Shown here piece after piece: positions 1-11,300 of a stretch of 64,000 bases of DNA. Source of the DNA: a virus; IMG/VR virus record IMGVR_UViG_3300006990_000020, positions 9,715 through 73,714 of that record; one strand, 5' to 3'. A program made the position numbers and the translations under genes. Below the pieces are notes generated by a model that was given only the letters and a program-made list of their open reading frames with translations, was not told the origin of the DNA and did no database searches. Every line of letters begins with the position of its first letter. Position 1 is the first letter of the stretch.

Positions 1-701
1 AAAAGACAAGTTGAATTATCGTTTGTTTTTAATAAATCTAAAGGTCCTTCAACAATTGTTAGAGGCCTATTCCAGTCAATATTAATTTCATTAAATATAA
101 TGTTTTTCTTTTTAACATCAGCATTTTTATATTTAAAGGGACTATTTCCAGGTTCATCGATTTTTCTAGAAGTATAAAAATTTATCTCACCGTTAGCATC
201 TAATGAAGGTAAAATAAGTGATCTTCTAAACTCTTGATCAAGTGAGTATCCCAATCTTAGAAACCATATTTTATGTTTAGATACTCCTCTTTTTAGTGCG
301 TATTTAAACACGTCTCTAACATCTGGGTTTATAGATCCAAATGCATTTGCTAAGAGCTTGAAACCTCTAGGTGTTTCAACTAATTCAATTTCTTCAATGT
401 CTTCTTCATCTTCAAATAATGATTTTTTTCTCAAAGACTTTTGAAAATAAATACTAGAAGAATCTACTTTAGAGCTGTTAAGTTTTGATATTACATAAGA
501 TATATTACTACCTTTTTTGCTGCAAATCCAACAATGATAAAGATTTTTTTCTAAATGAATTACTAGTTTTAATTTTTTCTTGTTTGGGTGTTTACAAAAT
601 GGACACCAAATAGATGCATTGACACCGTCCTTTGATAGATTAACGTTAAGGAATGATTCGAGAAAACTAAATTTCTCTTCAATTGATTTTTGTCTTGTCA
701 T
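1..701 (-). CDS. DNA primase (Zn-binding + TOPRIM), partial, runs off the window start
   Basis: Not in the ORF track. Manual translation from ATG at 701 gives MTRQKSIEEK...IWCPFCKH...YHCWICSKKG (Zn finger), ...LILPSLDANGEINFYTSR... and LTIVEGPLD (TOPRIM Glu). Confidence 0.9.
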   Translation of the reverse strand, partial: MTRQKSIEEKFSFLESFLNVNLSKDGVNASIWCPFCKHPNKKKLKLVIHLEKNLYHCWICSKKGSNISYVISKLNSSKVDSSSIYFQKSLRKKSLFEDEEDIEEIELVETPRGFKLLANAFGSINPDVRDVFKYALKRGVSKHKIWFLRLGYSLDQEFRRSLILPSLDANGEINFYTSRKIDEPGNSPFKYKNADVKKKNIIFNEINIDWNRPLTIVEGPLDLLKTNDNSTCL

Positions 702-1248
702 ATAAATAAGCCTTACATATTACATATGCGTCAGACATATCATAACAACATTCGTCATATTTTACAAGTCCTTTATTTGGTCCACTTTTAAGCACCTTCT
801 CAGGCCAAATAAAATTTTCTCTTTCTCTAACCCATTCAAATACTTGCTCTTTTGTAGACTTGTCTAAAGTTTTATCAATTTTTATTTGTAAATTCTTCCT
901 AGCTGTGTTTACACTAATATATACAGGTTTACTACCAAGCTCAGTATATGCTAAATAAGATACTATCCCATTAAACCTAGTTAATTTAGATAGAGTTTTA
1001 GCAGAAGACAATCCTCTCTTAAAAGACTGAAGTGCTTCTTCTATAGAAATTTCTACTTTATTATTTATATCGTATCTATTTTTAAGTTCATTAAAGTAAT
1101 TTTGTACCTCTAAAGATTTGTCAAATATACACTTTATTTTCTTTAAATTAATATTTTCTAAATTTATTAATTTTTCTTTGTAATCTAACAAACAAACTCC
1201 AATAATAGATGTAGAAATATCTAGTCCTATATAACATACTTTTTGCAT
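679..1248 (-). CDS. RuvC-like Holliday junction resolvase (RNase H fold)
   Basis: IGLDISTSIIG, ISIEE, L.RFNGIV and DMSDAYVI supply the acidic catalytic set typical of phage RuvC-like resolvases. Confidence 0.8.
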   Translation of the reverse strand: MQKVCYIGLDISTSIIGVCLLDYKEKLINLENINLKKIKCIFDKSLEVQNYFNELKNRYDINNKVEISIEEALQSFKRGLSSAKTLSKLTRFNGIVSYLAYTELGSKPVYISVNTARKNLQIKIDKTLDKSTKEQVFEWVRERENFIWPEKVLKSGPNKGLVKYDECCYDMSDAYVICKAYLYDKTKIN

Positions 1249-4200
1249 TAATAATCCATTTTAACTCTAAATAAGACATTGTCGCTATCCTTTTTAGCAA
1301 ATGGTTGTGCTAGTTTAACTGATGCGACTACATTTAGATTTTCATCATGAAGATCTATATCTGTAATATAAACAAAACTTTCATCAGAGTTAAATGCAGA
1401 CGCATCTAGTTTCAAAAAATCTGTTTTAGACTTATTTTTAGTTTGATTTGTTTCACCACTTTGCGCCGGCAAATTTAACTCAAATATATTTGTGTTAGTT
1501 TTAGATTTTGCTTTTATCGAGATATTTGTCTTACCTAAACACCAAACTGATGGGTGATGGAGCATCGATATTCCCTCATTGTAGATTATACCTCCACTTG
1601 TACACCATTCAGCATGCTTTGTCAAACAATCAGCTCTATATAATGTCCCGAGTCTAGTATCTTTAAAGGTAAGTTGTATACCAGAAGAAAGAGGTAAATC
1701 CACATCTTTTATTTCAAATGTCTCTCTTTTAATAGAATTGTTAAAAACCTGAGTAGAGATGCAATGAATCGTTGATATGTTCTCATAGTTATTTAATTCT
1801 ATAGAGTCTAAAGGACTGTTTATTTTCTTATAAACTATACTTTCGCTATTACTGATACTTTTTGTGTCATAAACTTCATTTTCTGATATTGCATTTTCAT
1901 AGCTAGAATAGAAAGATCTTTGCGCAGGATTAGAAAAACTGCCAAAAAAACCTTGTCTTTCGTTTAAGTTTGGAGTCATTACAGATCCGTTATATTGTCC
2001 ATTACTATAGCTTTGTCTATAACTACTAATTGATTTGACTGTTGCAATATCTTCATTTAAAACGTAAAGTGAGAGAGGAACACTATTGTCATTGTGGTAG
2101 TTTGATAGAGAAATATTTAGTAATTTATCACTATTTTCTTTAAATCTAGGTATTGTATCTAATCTAAACTGAGGTCCGACAAATGAGGCACCTGCTGATA
2201 AAAGCCTGCCAACTTTAGAAGCTATATCATAATATCTCTCCTCAGTATTGTTTGTTAATATATTACGTCTTTGAGACCTAGACTTAAAAACACTAAATCT
2301 CTTATCACTTTTTTCTAAATTAACTATATCTAGACGTGTATTATCAAATCTATCTGTATGAATTTGATATAGCTCATTTCTGTCGTAGTCAAAGTTATCC
2401 TTGTTATAGTATTGTTCTTGCATCCCATTATCATTTGGGAGAATCATGTAATTTCTATAGATGATATTATTAGTTTGATGATTGTAGTTACTTAAATTAG
2501 CAATTTCATCACTATTTAAGATTGAACTATCAAAAACCTTAAAAAGAAGATCATCAGCAGTCCCACCTCTTTTTACGACCTTGTTTAGATTGTAGTTATT
2601 TAGAATATTGTCTGGGGACAGTAAAAAGCAATCTGCATATCTATCTTGATCTATGTTATTACCAATAACTATGTTAGGCTGAGTTTTTGAAACAAACTCC
2701 CTACAAAAGTGTTCAACAGAAACATCAGTACCACCAGTAAAAGAATAAAAAACAGGATTAATTGGGTAGTTGTACGATATGTTTTCTAGTTTTACTTTGA
2801 AGTCAGTTAACTGTGGTATCCTATCACTTGATATATCTTGGTTTTCACTGTTTAAATATGGTCCTCTGAGACTGTTTGGTGCAGTGCCAATAATAGGACT
2901 GCCAAATAAACCACCGTCACCTATAGGGGAAAAAGCTTTATAGGGAGCCGAGAGATTTACTAGGCCTTTCTTTTTTACGTCTTGTGAGTAGTAATAAAAA
3001 GGAACATAAAAAATTAAATCATGCGTCGAGCTTTCTTTTTCAATAGAAGATACTCCTTTTCTAGATATCTCTAAACATTTGTCTATATCTAGAAATTGTT
3101 TGTAAACCCTAACATCAGCTATCTCGGCAGAAAGTGCTTTACTAGTAGACAATGAAATATAATCAGAATTTTGTTCGCTTAAACTATTTTCAAGATCATA
3201 TGTATTGCTGGTGTTATGAATATCACTTAAAACAGAATCAATCTGCGACCCTAGATTGATATGTTTATTGACGTAAGGTCCTTTGTTATCATCTTGATTT
3301 GTTAAGCTTCTTGAAAAGCACTTATTTACAAAATCACTTATGTCGTTCTTTACAACGTTATGCTTGTTTCCTATTTCAATATAACTATTATTGATAGTAT
3401 TTTGATCAATATTACCTGACTGACCATGTTTTTCGCCAACAATTTTACCGTCAACACAAAGTGTAAAATCATATGTATTGTTGTTTTTCTTATAACACAG
3501 GTTAACTAAATGCCAATTATTATATTTCAGTAAATTATCAGAAGTTAAGTAATCTAGATTATTGTTTTGACTATTAATATCTGTAATATCGAAATCATTA
3601 TTTTCTAGATTATTAAAAGTACTGTTTCCGAACTGCGTGTACAATCTAAAACAATTAGTTAAACCCTTTTCATCTACGCCAGTTCCTTTTACTAGAAAAA
3701 CAGATATCACACCTGGGATATTAATTATACAACCCGGATTAAAGTGTTTTCCACTATTGTTTTTATATTTAGGATTAATATAGAATGATACTGTAAAGTC
3801 TTCTAACTCTTTAAAATTATACTGTTGTTTCAAATTACTATCATAAGCTAAATTAGGATATACTAAGCAATTTTCATGAGTGATACTGTCACTAAAGTGT
3901 GAGTTTGTTTTTGATCCAATATTGAAAAAGTTTAAACTATTATAATTCTTAAAACCCCAAGTAGACTCGTAAAAATTATTATAATCAATACGTTTAGCGT
4001 AGAAATTTCTTATATTTTTTATTGAAGACTTCTTAAAATAATTTATATCATCAATAATATAACCACATTTGACTCTTTCAATATTAAACTTATAGCTGTC
4101 ACTAGATACTTTAACTCGCTGGAGACCTGCTGCAGATAAAGCATTTTTTTTTACGCTAGCACCCGCTGAAGCTTTTAATAACGTCAGTGATAGATGTTCT

Positions 4201-4562
4201 TCCGAAGTAAAATTATCCCTTACTTGCTGTGATATATTAGTGTCGAAAAAGTTATTTGAGATCGAAAAAGCATTTTCTTCTGCAGACTTAGACTTTTCAA
4301 TAACGCCTAAAGGATTAGCATCTTGATCGTCTAGTGAGCCCTTAAAAGATTTGTAGATTGTTGCATTGACGTTGAAAACTTTTTCTTTACCTAACGATCC
4401 TAGACTAATAGCTTTAGAGTTTCTAAATCCGTGCTCTCCAATACTATCTATTTCAAGTCTATCAAGAAAACTATCGTTTGATGCTGAAACGTAGTTGATT
4501 TCCGGTTCAAGTTCAACTTTTGTATGAACTTTCATGTTTCTATTGATAATATTAAGAGTCAT
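1248..4562 (-). CDS. Large virion/baseplate-associated protein with a LamG (ConA-like) domain and a tail-collar-like C-terminus
   Basis: LamG motifs FTVSFYINP, NNWHLV, LCVDGK, EIADVRVY. The C-terminal YITDIDLHDENLNVVASVKLAQPFAK is shared with the neighbouring gene. Confidence 0.65.
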   Translation of the reverse strand: MTLNIINRNMKVHTKVELEPEINYVSASNDSFLDRLEIDSIGEHGFRNSKAISLGSLGKEKVFNVNATIYKSFKGSLDDQDANPLGVIEKSKSAEENAFSISNNFFDTNISQQVRDNFTSEEHLSLTLLKASAGASVKKNALSAAGLQRVKVSSDSYKFNIERVKCGYIIDDINYFKKSSIKNIRNFYAKRIDYNNFYESTWGFKNYNSLNFFNIGSKTNSHFSDSITHENCLVYPNLAYDSNLKQQYNFKELEDFTVSFYINPKYKNNSGKHFNPGCIINIPGVISVFLVKGTGVDEKGLTNCFRLYTQFGNSTFNNLENNDFDITDINSQNNNLDYLTSDNLLKYNNWHLVNLCYKKNNNTYDFTLCVDGKIVGEKHGQSGNIDQNTINNSYIEIGNKHNVVKNDISDFVNKCFSRSLTNQDDNKGPYVNKHINLGSQIDSVLSDIHNTSNTYDLENSLSEQNSDYISLSTSKALSAEIADVRVYKQFLDIDKCLEISRKGVSSIEKESSTHDLIFYVPFYYYSQDVKKKGLVNLSAPYKAFSPIGDGGLFGSPIIGTAPNSLRGPYLNSENQDISSDRIPQLTDFKVKLENISYNYPINPVFYSFTGGTDVSVEHFCREFVSKTQPNIVIGNNIDQDRYADCFLLSPDNILNNYNLNKVVKRGGTADDLLFKVFDSSILNSDEIANLSNYNHQTNNIIYRNYMILPNDNGMQEQYYNKDNFDYDRNELYQIHTDRFDNTRLDIVNLEKSDKRFSVFKSRSQRRNILTNNTEERYYDIASKVGRLLSAGASFVGPQFRLDTIPRFKENSDKLLNISLSNYHNDNSVPLSLYVLNEDIATVKSISSYRQSYSNGQYNGSVMTPNLNERQGFFGSFSNPAQRSFYSSYENAISENEVYDTKSISNSESIVYKKINSPLDSIELNNYENISTIHCISTQVFNNSIKRETFEIKDVDLPLSSGIQLTFKDTRLGTLYRADCLTKHAEWCTSGGIIYNEGISMLHHPSVWCLGKTNISIKAKSKTNTNIFELNLPAQSGETNQTKNKSKTDFLKLDASAFNSDESFVYITDIDLHDENLNVVASVKLAQPFAKKDSDNVLFRVKMDY

Positions 4563-4574
4563 TTTTTTTCCAAG

Positions 4575-5921
4575 CTAGTAATCTATTCTTACACTAACTG
4601 ATAAATCAGTCTCAGTATTTTTCTCAATGGGTCTAGATGTCTTAGCCACAGCTAATAAGTTATTGTTTGAATCATAAAGACCTACTGTAGTAATATAAGC
4701 GAAAGGATTGCTCCCGCCTAGATCATCTGGGTCTTCTATAAATCTAAGTGTACCATCGTCTTTTCTGTAAGACGGGTTTCTAGAATAATTTGCTTGGCTC
4801 GGTGCTACTCTGCAAATGTAAACAGAAGAGTTAATGAATGTATGATTTAAAAATCCAGCAGCAGTTGCATTTGTTCTTCCAAATCTTGTAGTACAGACGT
4901 GATCTACGATATCATCAATTGAGCCAGAAACCCAGAAGTTAGGAATAAAACTACCACTAAATGTAAGTGTCCCGGAATTAAAAGAATCAGCAATAGTCGT
5001 AGAGTCGGTATTTGAAGATACAGCAGAAATAGATCCGGAAATGTTTTGATCAACGTCAAATATCTTTTTTGCGTCTAATACAATTACACCTTTTTCGTAG
5101 AAAATTAATCCTACATTTCCATCATCGCCTGACGAACCTGACCTTTTAAGCGTACCAATACTCCCACCAGAACCTGTTACTCTAAGTGCAGTACTAGCCC
5201 CACTATCAGATAATAATAACGCTGTTGCATCATTTGTATTGATTCCTATGTTTGGCCCCGTGGATGTGTCATTTGCATGTTCGAATAACTTTATTACAAA
5301 CTCATCTTTTACAATCGCGTCTCGTGTAAAGAGTCTTTTAATATTAACAAACAATGCTTCGTCAATTCTCTCATCATAAGACAAATTACTAGTACCAGAC
5401 TCTACATCTACAAAAGAAGACTCATACGGCGCCGTAAAGTAATTTTCTGAATCTCCGAGAAGATACTGCGCATATTGTTTATATACGTTGATCTTCTCTC
5501 TCATCATCAATACGCTATTTTTGAATATTTTCTTTCCATGTGCATCGATTCCTGTTGGATTGCCATTTTCATCTTCTAGACCCTTCGTTAAGTCTAAAGC
5601 ATTTGTAACTGCTGTACTTTCTGAAAAGCAACCAATCGTAATGTCTAGAAGTTCGTTAGCAGTTTGTGTCTCATGATCTTGATCAAAAACTGTTTGAAAA
5701 AGAGAGCTAGTAACTGCTGAAGTATTTGGATCAAGTCCTCCTGTTACAAAGACTTCATATTTTTTTCTTGTCTTTGTATCTGTCTGAGGAGTTTGAGAAG
5801 ATTCTCCTGATACACTAGCTATGTCTACTTGTAGTATGTCTACTAATTGCTTAACTCTAGACGTATTTCTAACAACATCTTGATCTCTAATTGGGAATAT
5901 TGCGTTTTGTAAATCACTCAT
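4575..5921 (-). CDS. Virion structural protein (baseplate/tail-fibre attachment type)
   Basis: C-terminal YITTVGLYDSNNNLLAVAKTSRPIEK motif, typical of large-phage baseplate-associated proteins; lies in the baseplate operon. Confidence 0.6.
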   Translation of the reverse strand: MSDLQNAIFPIRDQDVVRNTSRVKQLVDILQVDIASVSGESSQTPQTDTKTRKKYEVFVTGGLDPNTSAVTSSLFQTVFDQDHETQTANELLDITIGCFSESTAVTNALDLTKGLEDENGNPTGIDAHGKKIFKNSVLMMREKINVYKQYAQYLLGDSENYFTAPYESSFVDVESGTSNLSYDERIDEALFVNIKRLFTRDAIVKDEFVIKLFEHANDTSTGPNIGINTNDATALLLSDSGASTALRVTGSGGSIGTLKRSGSSGDDGNVGLIFYEKGVIVLDAKKIFDVDQNISGSISAVSSNTDSTTIADSFNSGTLTFSGSFIPNFWVSGSIDDIVDHVCTTRFGRTNATAAGFLNHTFINSSVYICRVAPSQANYSRNPSYRKDDGTLRFIEDPDDLGGSNPFAYITTVGLYDSNNNLLAVAKTSRPIEKNTETDLSVSVRIDY

Positions 5922-5938
5922 TAATTGATTACCTTATA

Positions 5939-6682
5939 TTAAGTTAGTTTATTGCTGGAAATTGTCACAGGAACAATAAGCGTTGCATTAGTTCTATTAC
6001 CAATAATTTCTACTTGTGTTCTTATTGTTGTCCTGTCAGCTTCTAAAGAATAGTATTTAAAACTAGAGTCTGTAGTGACGTCAATTGACGATATAACAAT
6101 TTCAGCTGAAACTTGGCCGTTAAACTCATTACTTGAAGTTTTAGACAACCCAACGTTGTATGTTGCAATATCATTTTTAATTGAAGTTAAACCTTTAGCA
6201 TTATTAACTGATAATAGCTTATTAAAGACTCTTACTTTAAAGAAATCGTCAACAATTTTAGCATTATTGAGATCAAAATCTTCATCTTGATTGATTGTTG
6301 TTTTGACTCTAATTGTTACCCTTTTAAATGCTTCAGAAGAAGAAGATAAAGATGAAAGCTGCACAGGAGACGTAGTACCATCCAAAACAACATCAGGATA
6401 TGCTAATACTCGGGTTGTATCATTTGAAAGTGTGATTAGTGGATACTTGATTGCAAGATTCTCATTTGTAATAGCTTCAAAAATAGGTGTATTCTTCTCT
6501 ATTTTTTCTTTGCCTAGAGCAATACCGTACTGCTCGATAATCGAGTAATCGACTTCGTCGTCTCCTAATTTAAATTTTGTAATGTTGAAAGATCCGTCAT
6601 TTCTTGAAAGTAACTCACGACCCTTATCAGTTAAAACTGCATCAATAATAATATTGTTAGTCGCATGATTTAAAAAACCCAT
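5939..6682 (-). CDS. Virion structural protein (baseplate-associated)
   Basis: N-terminal IDAVLTDKGRELLS...ITKFKLGDDEVDY...PIFEA motif; strong AAGGAG RBS; paralogous to 16557..17564. Confidence 0.6.
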   Translation of the reverse strand: MGFLNHATNNIIIDAVLTDKGRELLSRNDGSFNITKFKLGDDEVDYSIIEQYGIALGKEKIEKNTPIFEAITNENLAIKYPLITLSNDTTRVLAYPDVVLDGTTSPVQLSSLSSSSEAFKRVTIRVKTTINQDEDFDLNNAKIVDDFFKVRVFNKLLSVNNAKGLTSIKNDIATYNVGLSKTSSNEFNGQVSAEIVISSIDVTTDSSFKYYSLEADRTTIRTQVEIIGNRTNATLIVPVTISSNKLT

Positions 6683-6701
6683 TTAGCTTTCTCCTTTTAT
6701 T

Positions 6702-6715
6702 TAATTATATTTATA
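6702..6715 (-). promoter_or_regulatory. Putative late promoter (TATAAATA overlapping ATAATTA)
   Basis: Minus strand reads TATAAATATAATTA about 20 nt upstream of the 6682 start. It contains both the T4 late consensus and the motif recurring in this window. Confidence 0.5.
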
Positions 6716-6727
6716 TAGTGATAAAGT

Positions 6728-8374
6728 TTAACCAAAATTACTAATAGTAAATTTATCACTTCGATAAACTAAGCTATTTAGATTACTAAAAGTAAACTGG
6801 TACTCTACATTTTTTTCTTGTGGGAATAGTTTTTCATCTTCGCTACTTGACAAAACTGAACCATAATCAGGTGTTATGTATACACTTATTTTTTTAGGAT
6901 TTTTAACAATAGGCATATTGTCTACAACATCAACTTTGTTTTCAAAAAACATAGACTTATTTCTAATAGTTTCGTTAGGATAACCTACTCTTGCACCATG
7001 AGATGCAACAGAGTCAACTATGAGTTCATCTCTAAGAAAATCATAATATATAGCTATTTGTTCACTGTAATTTGATACCATGCCATGTGCATCAATAGAT
7101 CTAACTGTATAGATACAAAGTATGTTTTTATTGTACGTTTTATCTTCGAAGAAGTCTGGTATATATCCAGGTGTTTTGTCTATATTGTTAGCAGAGACCA
7201 ATTCTATTAATTCATACGCATCTGTTTGAAGGTGACCTTCAAGCTGGCGTGTTAATACAAAAGGCTCTTCAAGGCTTTTCCTTTTTAATATTTGGTATCC
7301 TTTGACATCATTCTCATAGTCTGTAGGATGACGCCATTTTAAAAAAAGCTTGTCGACGAGCTTATCATATTCAGCTGAGATGCCTGTTGGAGGAGGAGGC
7401 GGATTAAATTCCTTACAAATTAAATCATTACTGATATATGGTTCGGTGCATAATAGAAAATGATCTAACATAAATCTGTTTTCTTCACTTAAACACATAA
7501 AATGATAGACGTAGTGACAAACATATCTATACGTCTCCCCGTATTTAATAGCTTCGTCTTCTAAAGTTTCATTGAAAATACTTTTAGACTTACTATCTCT
7601 TGGTACAAACTTAGCACACTTAAAATTATAAATGTCATCTTCTTTACAAAACTTTTCAACATACAAACCACAAAAAACTGCATTTTTGTCAATATAATCT
7701 TGTACATCACCAAAATTAATAGACTTAGAAATAGGTTTTAAATTAGGAAGTAATACTCCAGACTTAAATTTTTCAACAGAGTCTTTTTTGTTTTTTCTTG
7801 CGTTATAAACTTCTTCACTGTTGATAAGTTGTTGGTAATTTTTTATGTTTTCTGAGTTGAAAACTTCAACATACTCTTTATTTCCATACGCAGTCTCATA
7901 TAGCATATCCATTTCAAAACTTACTTTTTTAGACTTATCTAAACCTCTAAAGTCATTTTCGTCAAAGTCTGAGTTTTTTCCTGAATATATCTTGAAAAAA
8001 GATTTTAAGTCATTTATTTTATGATCCTGTATTAAAGATATTTTCGAAGGAGAAAGCATATCGATTCTATTAAAAAAACTTCTATCTTCTTCATATAAAT
8101 TTCTATTAGATAAATCAGACAAAAAAGAAGCAAATATCTCTTCAAAGATATTTGCTTCTGAAGTGATTCCTATACTTTTAGGATGTTCTAAATTAATTCT
8201 TATGAATCTGTTTTTACTGTAGTTTGTTTCTCTGTTAGTTATAATGTTATCATCTATTATAGATTCTTTGTCATCATAACTGTTGTATATGAAATCAAAC
8301 TTGCACTCTATCTCCCTAGAATCAAACTTGTCTGCTATTGATACAATGACGTCACTTACATTATCTAAAATCAT
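6728..8374 (-). CDS. Hypothetical structural protein with a fibronectin type III-like domain
   Basis: PPPPTGISAEY...LFLKW...VKGYQILKR...YTVRSIDAHGMVSNYSEQ is FN3-like. Start moved to ATG 8374 because GAGGT lies upstream. Confidence 0.55.
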   Translation of the reverse strand: MILDNVSDVIVSIADKFDSREIECKFDFIYNSYDDKESIIDDNIITNRETNYSKNRFIRINLEHPKSIGITSEANIFEEIFASFLSDLSNRNLYEEDRSFFNRIDMLSPSKISLIQDHKINDLKSFFKIYSGKNSDFDENDFRGLDKSKKVSFEMDMLYETAYGNKEYVEVFNSENIKNYQQLINSEEVYNARKNKKDSVEKFKSGVLLPNLKPISKSINFGDVQDYIDKNAVFCGLYVEKFCKEDDIYNFKCAKFVPRDSKSKSIFNETLEDEAIKYGETYRYVCHYVYHFMCLSEENRFMLDHFLLCTEPYISNDLICKEFNPPPPPTGISAEYDKLVDKLFLKWRHPTDYENDVKGYQILKRKSLEEPFVLTRQLEGHLQTDAYELIELVSANNIDKTPGYIPDFFEDKTYNKNILCIYTVRSIDAHGMVSNYSEQIAIYYDFLRDELIVDSVASHGARVGYPNETIRNKSMFFENKVDVVDNMPIVKNPKKISVYITPDYGSVLSSSEDEKLFPQEKNVEYQFTFSNLNSLVYRSDKFTISNFG

Positions 8375-8375
8375 A

Positions 8376-11300
8376 TTAAAGTACCTCAAAGCTTATGTAA
8401 TAACTTATGCACAGGCTTTTATTAAGAGATCCAACGGGACTATTAAAAGAACCTAGTCCCATATCGATTATTTCGTTGCTGCTCGATCCTGTGTCTATAC
8501 TAATTAGGTCTCTGTTAACTACTATGTTAAAAACATCATATATGTTGTTTGGTATCATAGCTAAAATAAGATCTTGTTGTGACATGTCTCTGTCTAAGTC
8601 TTTTATAAACTTATGATAAAATTCATTATTTTTTAAAACTTTACTATTTCCTAGCGTTTGAGTGTATTCTTTGTCATTTTCAACAAAGTCATCACTTAAA
8701 ATATTTTCATCAATTTTTCCTATAGCATTTTTCAAGCTTTCAATATCAACTGAATTTAATAAGCTGATTGTTTCTTTATTTATTAAATTGTCTAATTTTT
8801 CTCCGTTTAATTTAATGTTCTCGTTTAAAGGAGACTGTGTGATAAAGTCTAGATGGCTTATAGCAGAAGAAATAATATTGTCATCATAAACACTTGAAGA
8901 TAACAAGCTAGTATTTGCGTTTAAAACTACTCGACCCTCTTCAGCGGCTAGACTAAAAATATCACTTAAAAGATTTTTAACTTCTGATATTGCGATATCC
9001 TTAGACACAACATTATACCTCTCAGATATTTTTTGTGTATCATTGTATATTCCGCAAAAGTCAAAAAAGTTACTAGATAAACTAGACATAAAATTACTTG
9101 TCAATCCTGTTAACATTGGAGTATAATACTTTGAGATAGACTTGTATTCAATTTCAGGATATTTTAAATTAACAGGTTGAATATTTATCTTCAAAAAACC
9201 TCTTGTACCGATTTTGTTTGCAATTTTAAAATCTATTGGTATTTTTAATATGTCTAGTAAACTATTCACTTCACTACTTGAATAATTTCCTATTAAGTTT
9301 AAACTTTGAAGTCCTCTGTTGTAGCTATTATTATAAAAAAGCTTTCTATGATTAAACATGTTTTCGTTTTCATATTTTTGTCTATTACTATTATAAAGGT
9401 TGTTTCTTATAAACGTTTCGTTAAAAATATTTTTATAAAACATTATTTCTTGAATATCCTTAGATAACTTGTTCTGATAGAACTCGTCAAATATATGGTC
9501 TTGTATATTAATTGAGCTTATTCCTTGAATACTATTTATTGTTTTGCTAATTTCTTCTATGTTTTTTTCGAGCTCTTTTTTGTTTTCTATCTCTAGAATT
9601 TTATTCGACTCTAGATTTGCAAAATAACCATGTATAATATCCAAACACAAAGATTCAGATATATCGCTGTTTTGCAGTATTTTATTTACTACTTGTAATT
9701 CAAAGAATCTTTTTGTGTGTATAACATCCCTATTGATAACCGCAGGAGAGTTTTGTAAAATAATATCGCTAGTTTGATATTCTGGATTTTCCAACTGTTC
9801 AGAATTTTGACTAAGTATTGACTTTATATCACTAACTACAAAAGAACGATTTTCTATGCTAGAATTCAAAATATTGTAGTCTTTAACAAAAAACCTGAAC
9901 TCGTCAATAGACATGTCTTTATTTATAGACTCTAGTCTTATTTTTTCTTCTGTATACGTATTGTAACTTTCAAAACTTTGTAAGTATATGATAGAAAAAA
10001 CTTCAAGAATATCTTGAGTTATTCTTGTCAAATAAGTATTGTTATCTATGAATTTAAATACTTCTTCAACGTTGTTTATATTGTCATATTTTATATCAAA
10101 AACAGATAACAAGTCTGTACAGATATCTGTTATTTTTCTAGAAAAGGTATTTCTTTTTGTTGAAAGATAAAAATAACTCATAGGTATATAGACAAATGAG
10201 TTGCGGTATGGGACTACAAGCTTTCCTAAGCCATCATTGTTCAAACCTCTAATATCACTTTTTAATACTCTTTTAAACAAATTATACGTTATTTTTAAAT
10301 CAATGCCTTTGTTTATTTCATCTTTTGCAAAGTTAAAGCCTTTTTTTGAGTAAGATGAGTCTTCTTCGCTTTTTTCGTAAAAAACAGTACCTGTTTCTTC
10401 TTCATTGATAAAAACATCGTAGTTGTATGACATGTTAGAACTAGCCTGGTACAGGTTTTCTCTTAACTCTCTTTTTTTATTGTTTATGTTGGCTTGACTA
10501 CTAAAGAAGTTGTCATTTATAGTCGAAGATTTTCTTATAGCACTGCCAGACACAGATTTAATTGCATCTTCTTTTTTTCCAAATTCTTTGACTACATAAT
10601 GTCCAGGAAAAACTAACTCACACATATTTCCGTCTACATAATCTAGACTTAAACCATTAATAGCATCTACAGAAGTTAAATTAAAAGATTTAATATTATT
10701 CATACTGTTAGTATGAACTGATCTGATGATCTTGTTGTTCATGCTGTAAATGTTTTCTTTATTGAATATCACGTTAACAAAGTTGTTAATAATTTCTTCA
10801 CCAAAAATTTTTCTTAAATCATCACTAATGTCTTTGTTTAATGTTTTACTACTTGATTTTCCTCCAAAACGAGAAGATGGCAATTTATATACAGACTTTA
10901 TTTGACTATCTATTCCACATGATTTAATGATTGAATTAGCTAGTATAATCTTACAAACATCTTTAACTTCGTTTGCATTGTTTCTATTTATACCAGAGAG
11001 TGATTTTGCTAATAAAACATCAAATCCAAAATAATTAGATATGTTTGAAAAGCTACGAGGATAATCGCTTTCTAATTCAAACATATCAATATTGTCGCTT
11101 AATATCCTGTTTAATAAAGTTGATTTACTTCTAACAAAAGACTTTGTATAAATTTTGGACAAATATTTTCTAAACTCTTTTGAAGTAAAAAGCTTATTGT
11201 CTTCAATGTCATTGTCTTTGTCAATAACTAACTTTGTCGTATTTTTATTTTCTGAGTTAAATTCTTCAACGAAGTTGTTCTTATAAAATCCTTTACTTGT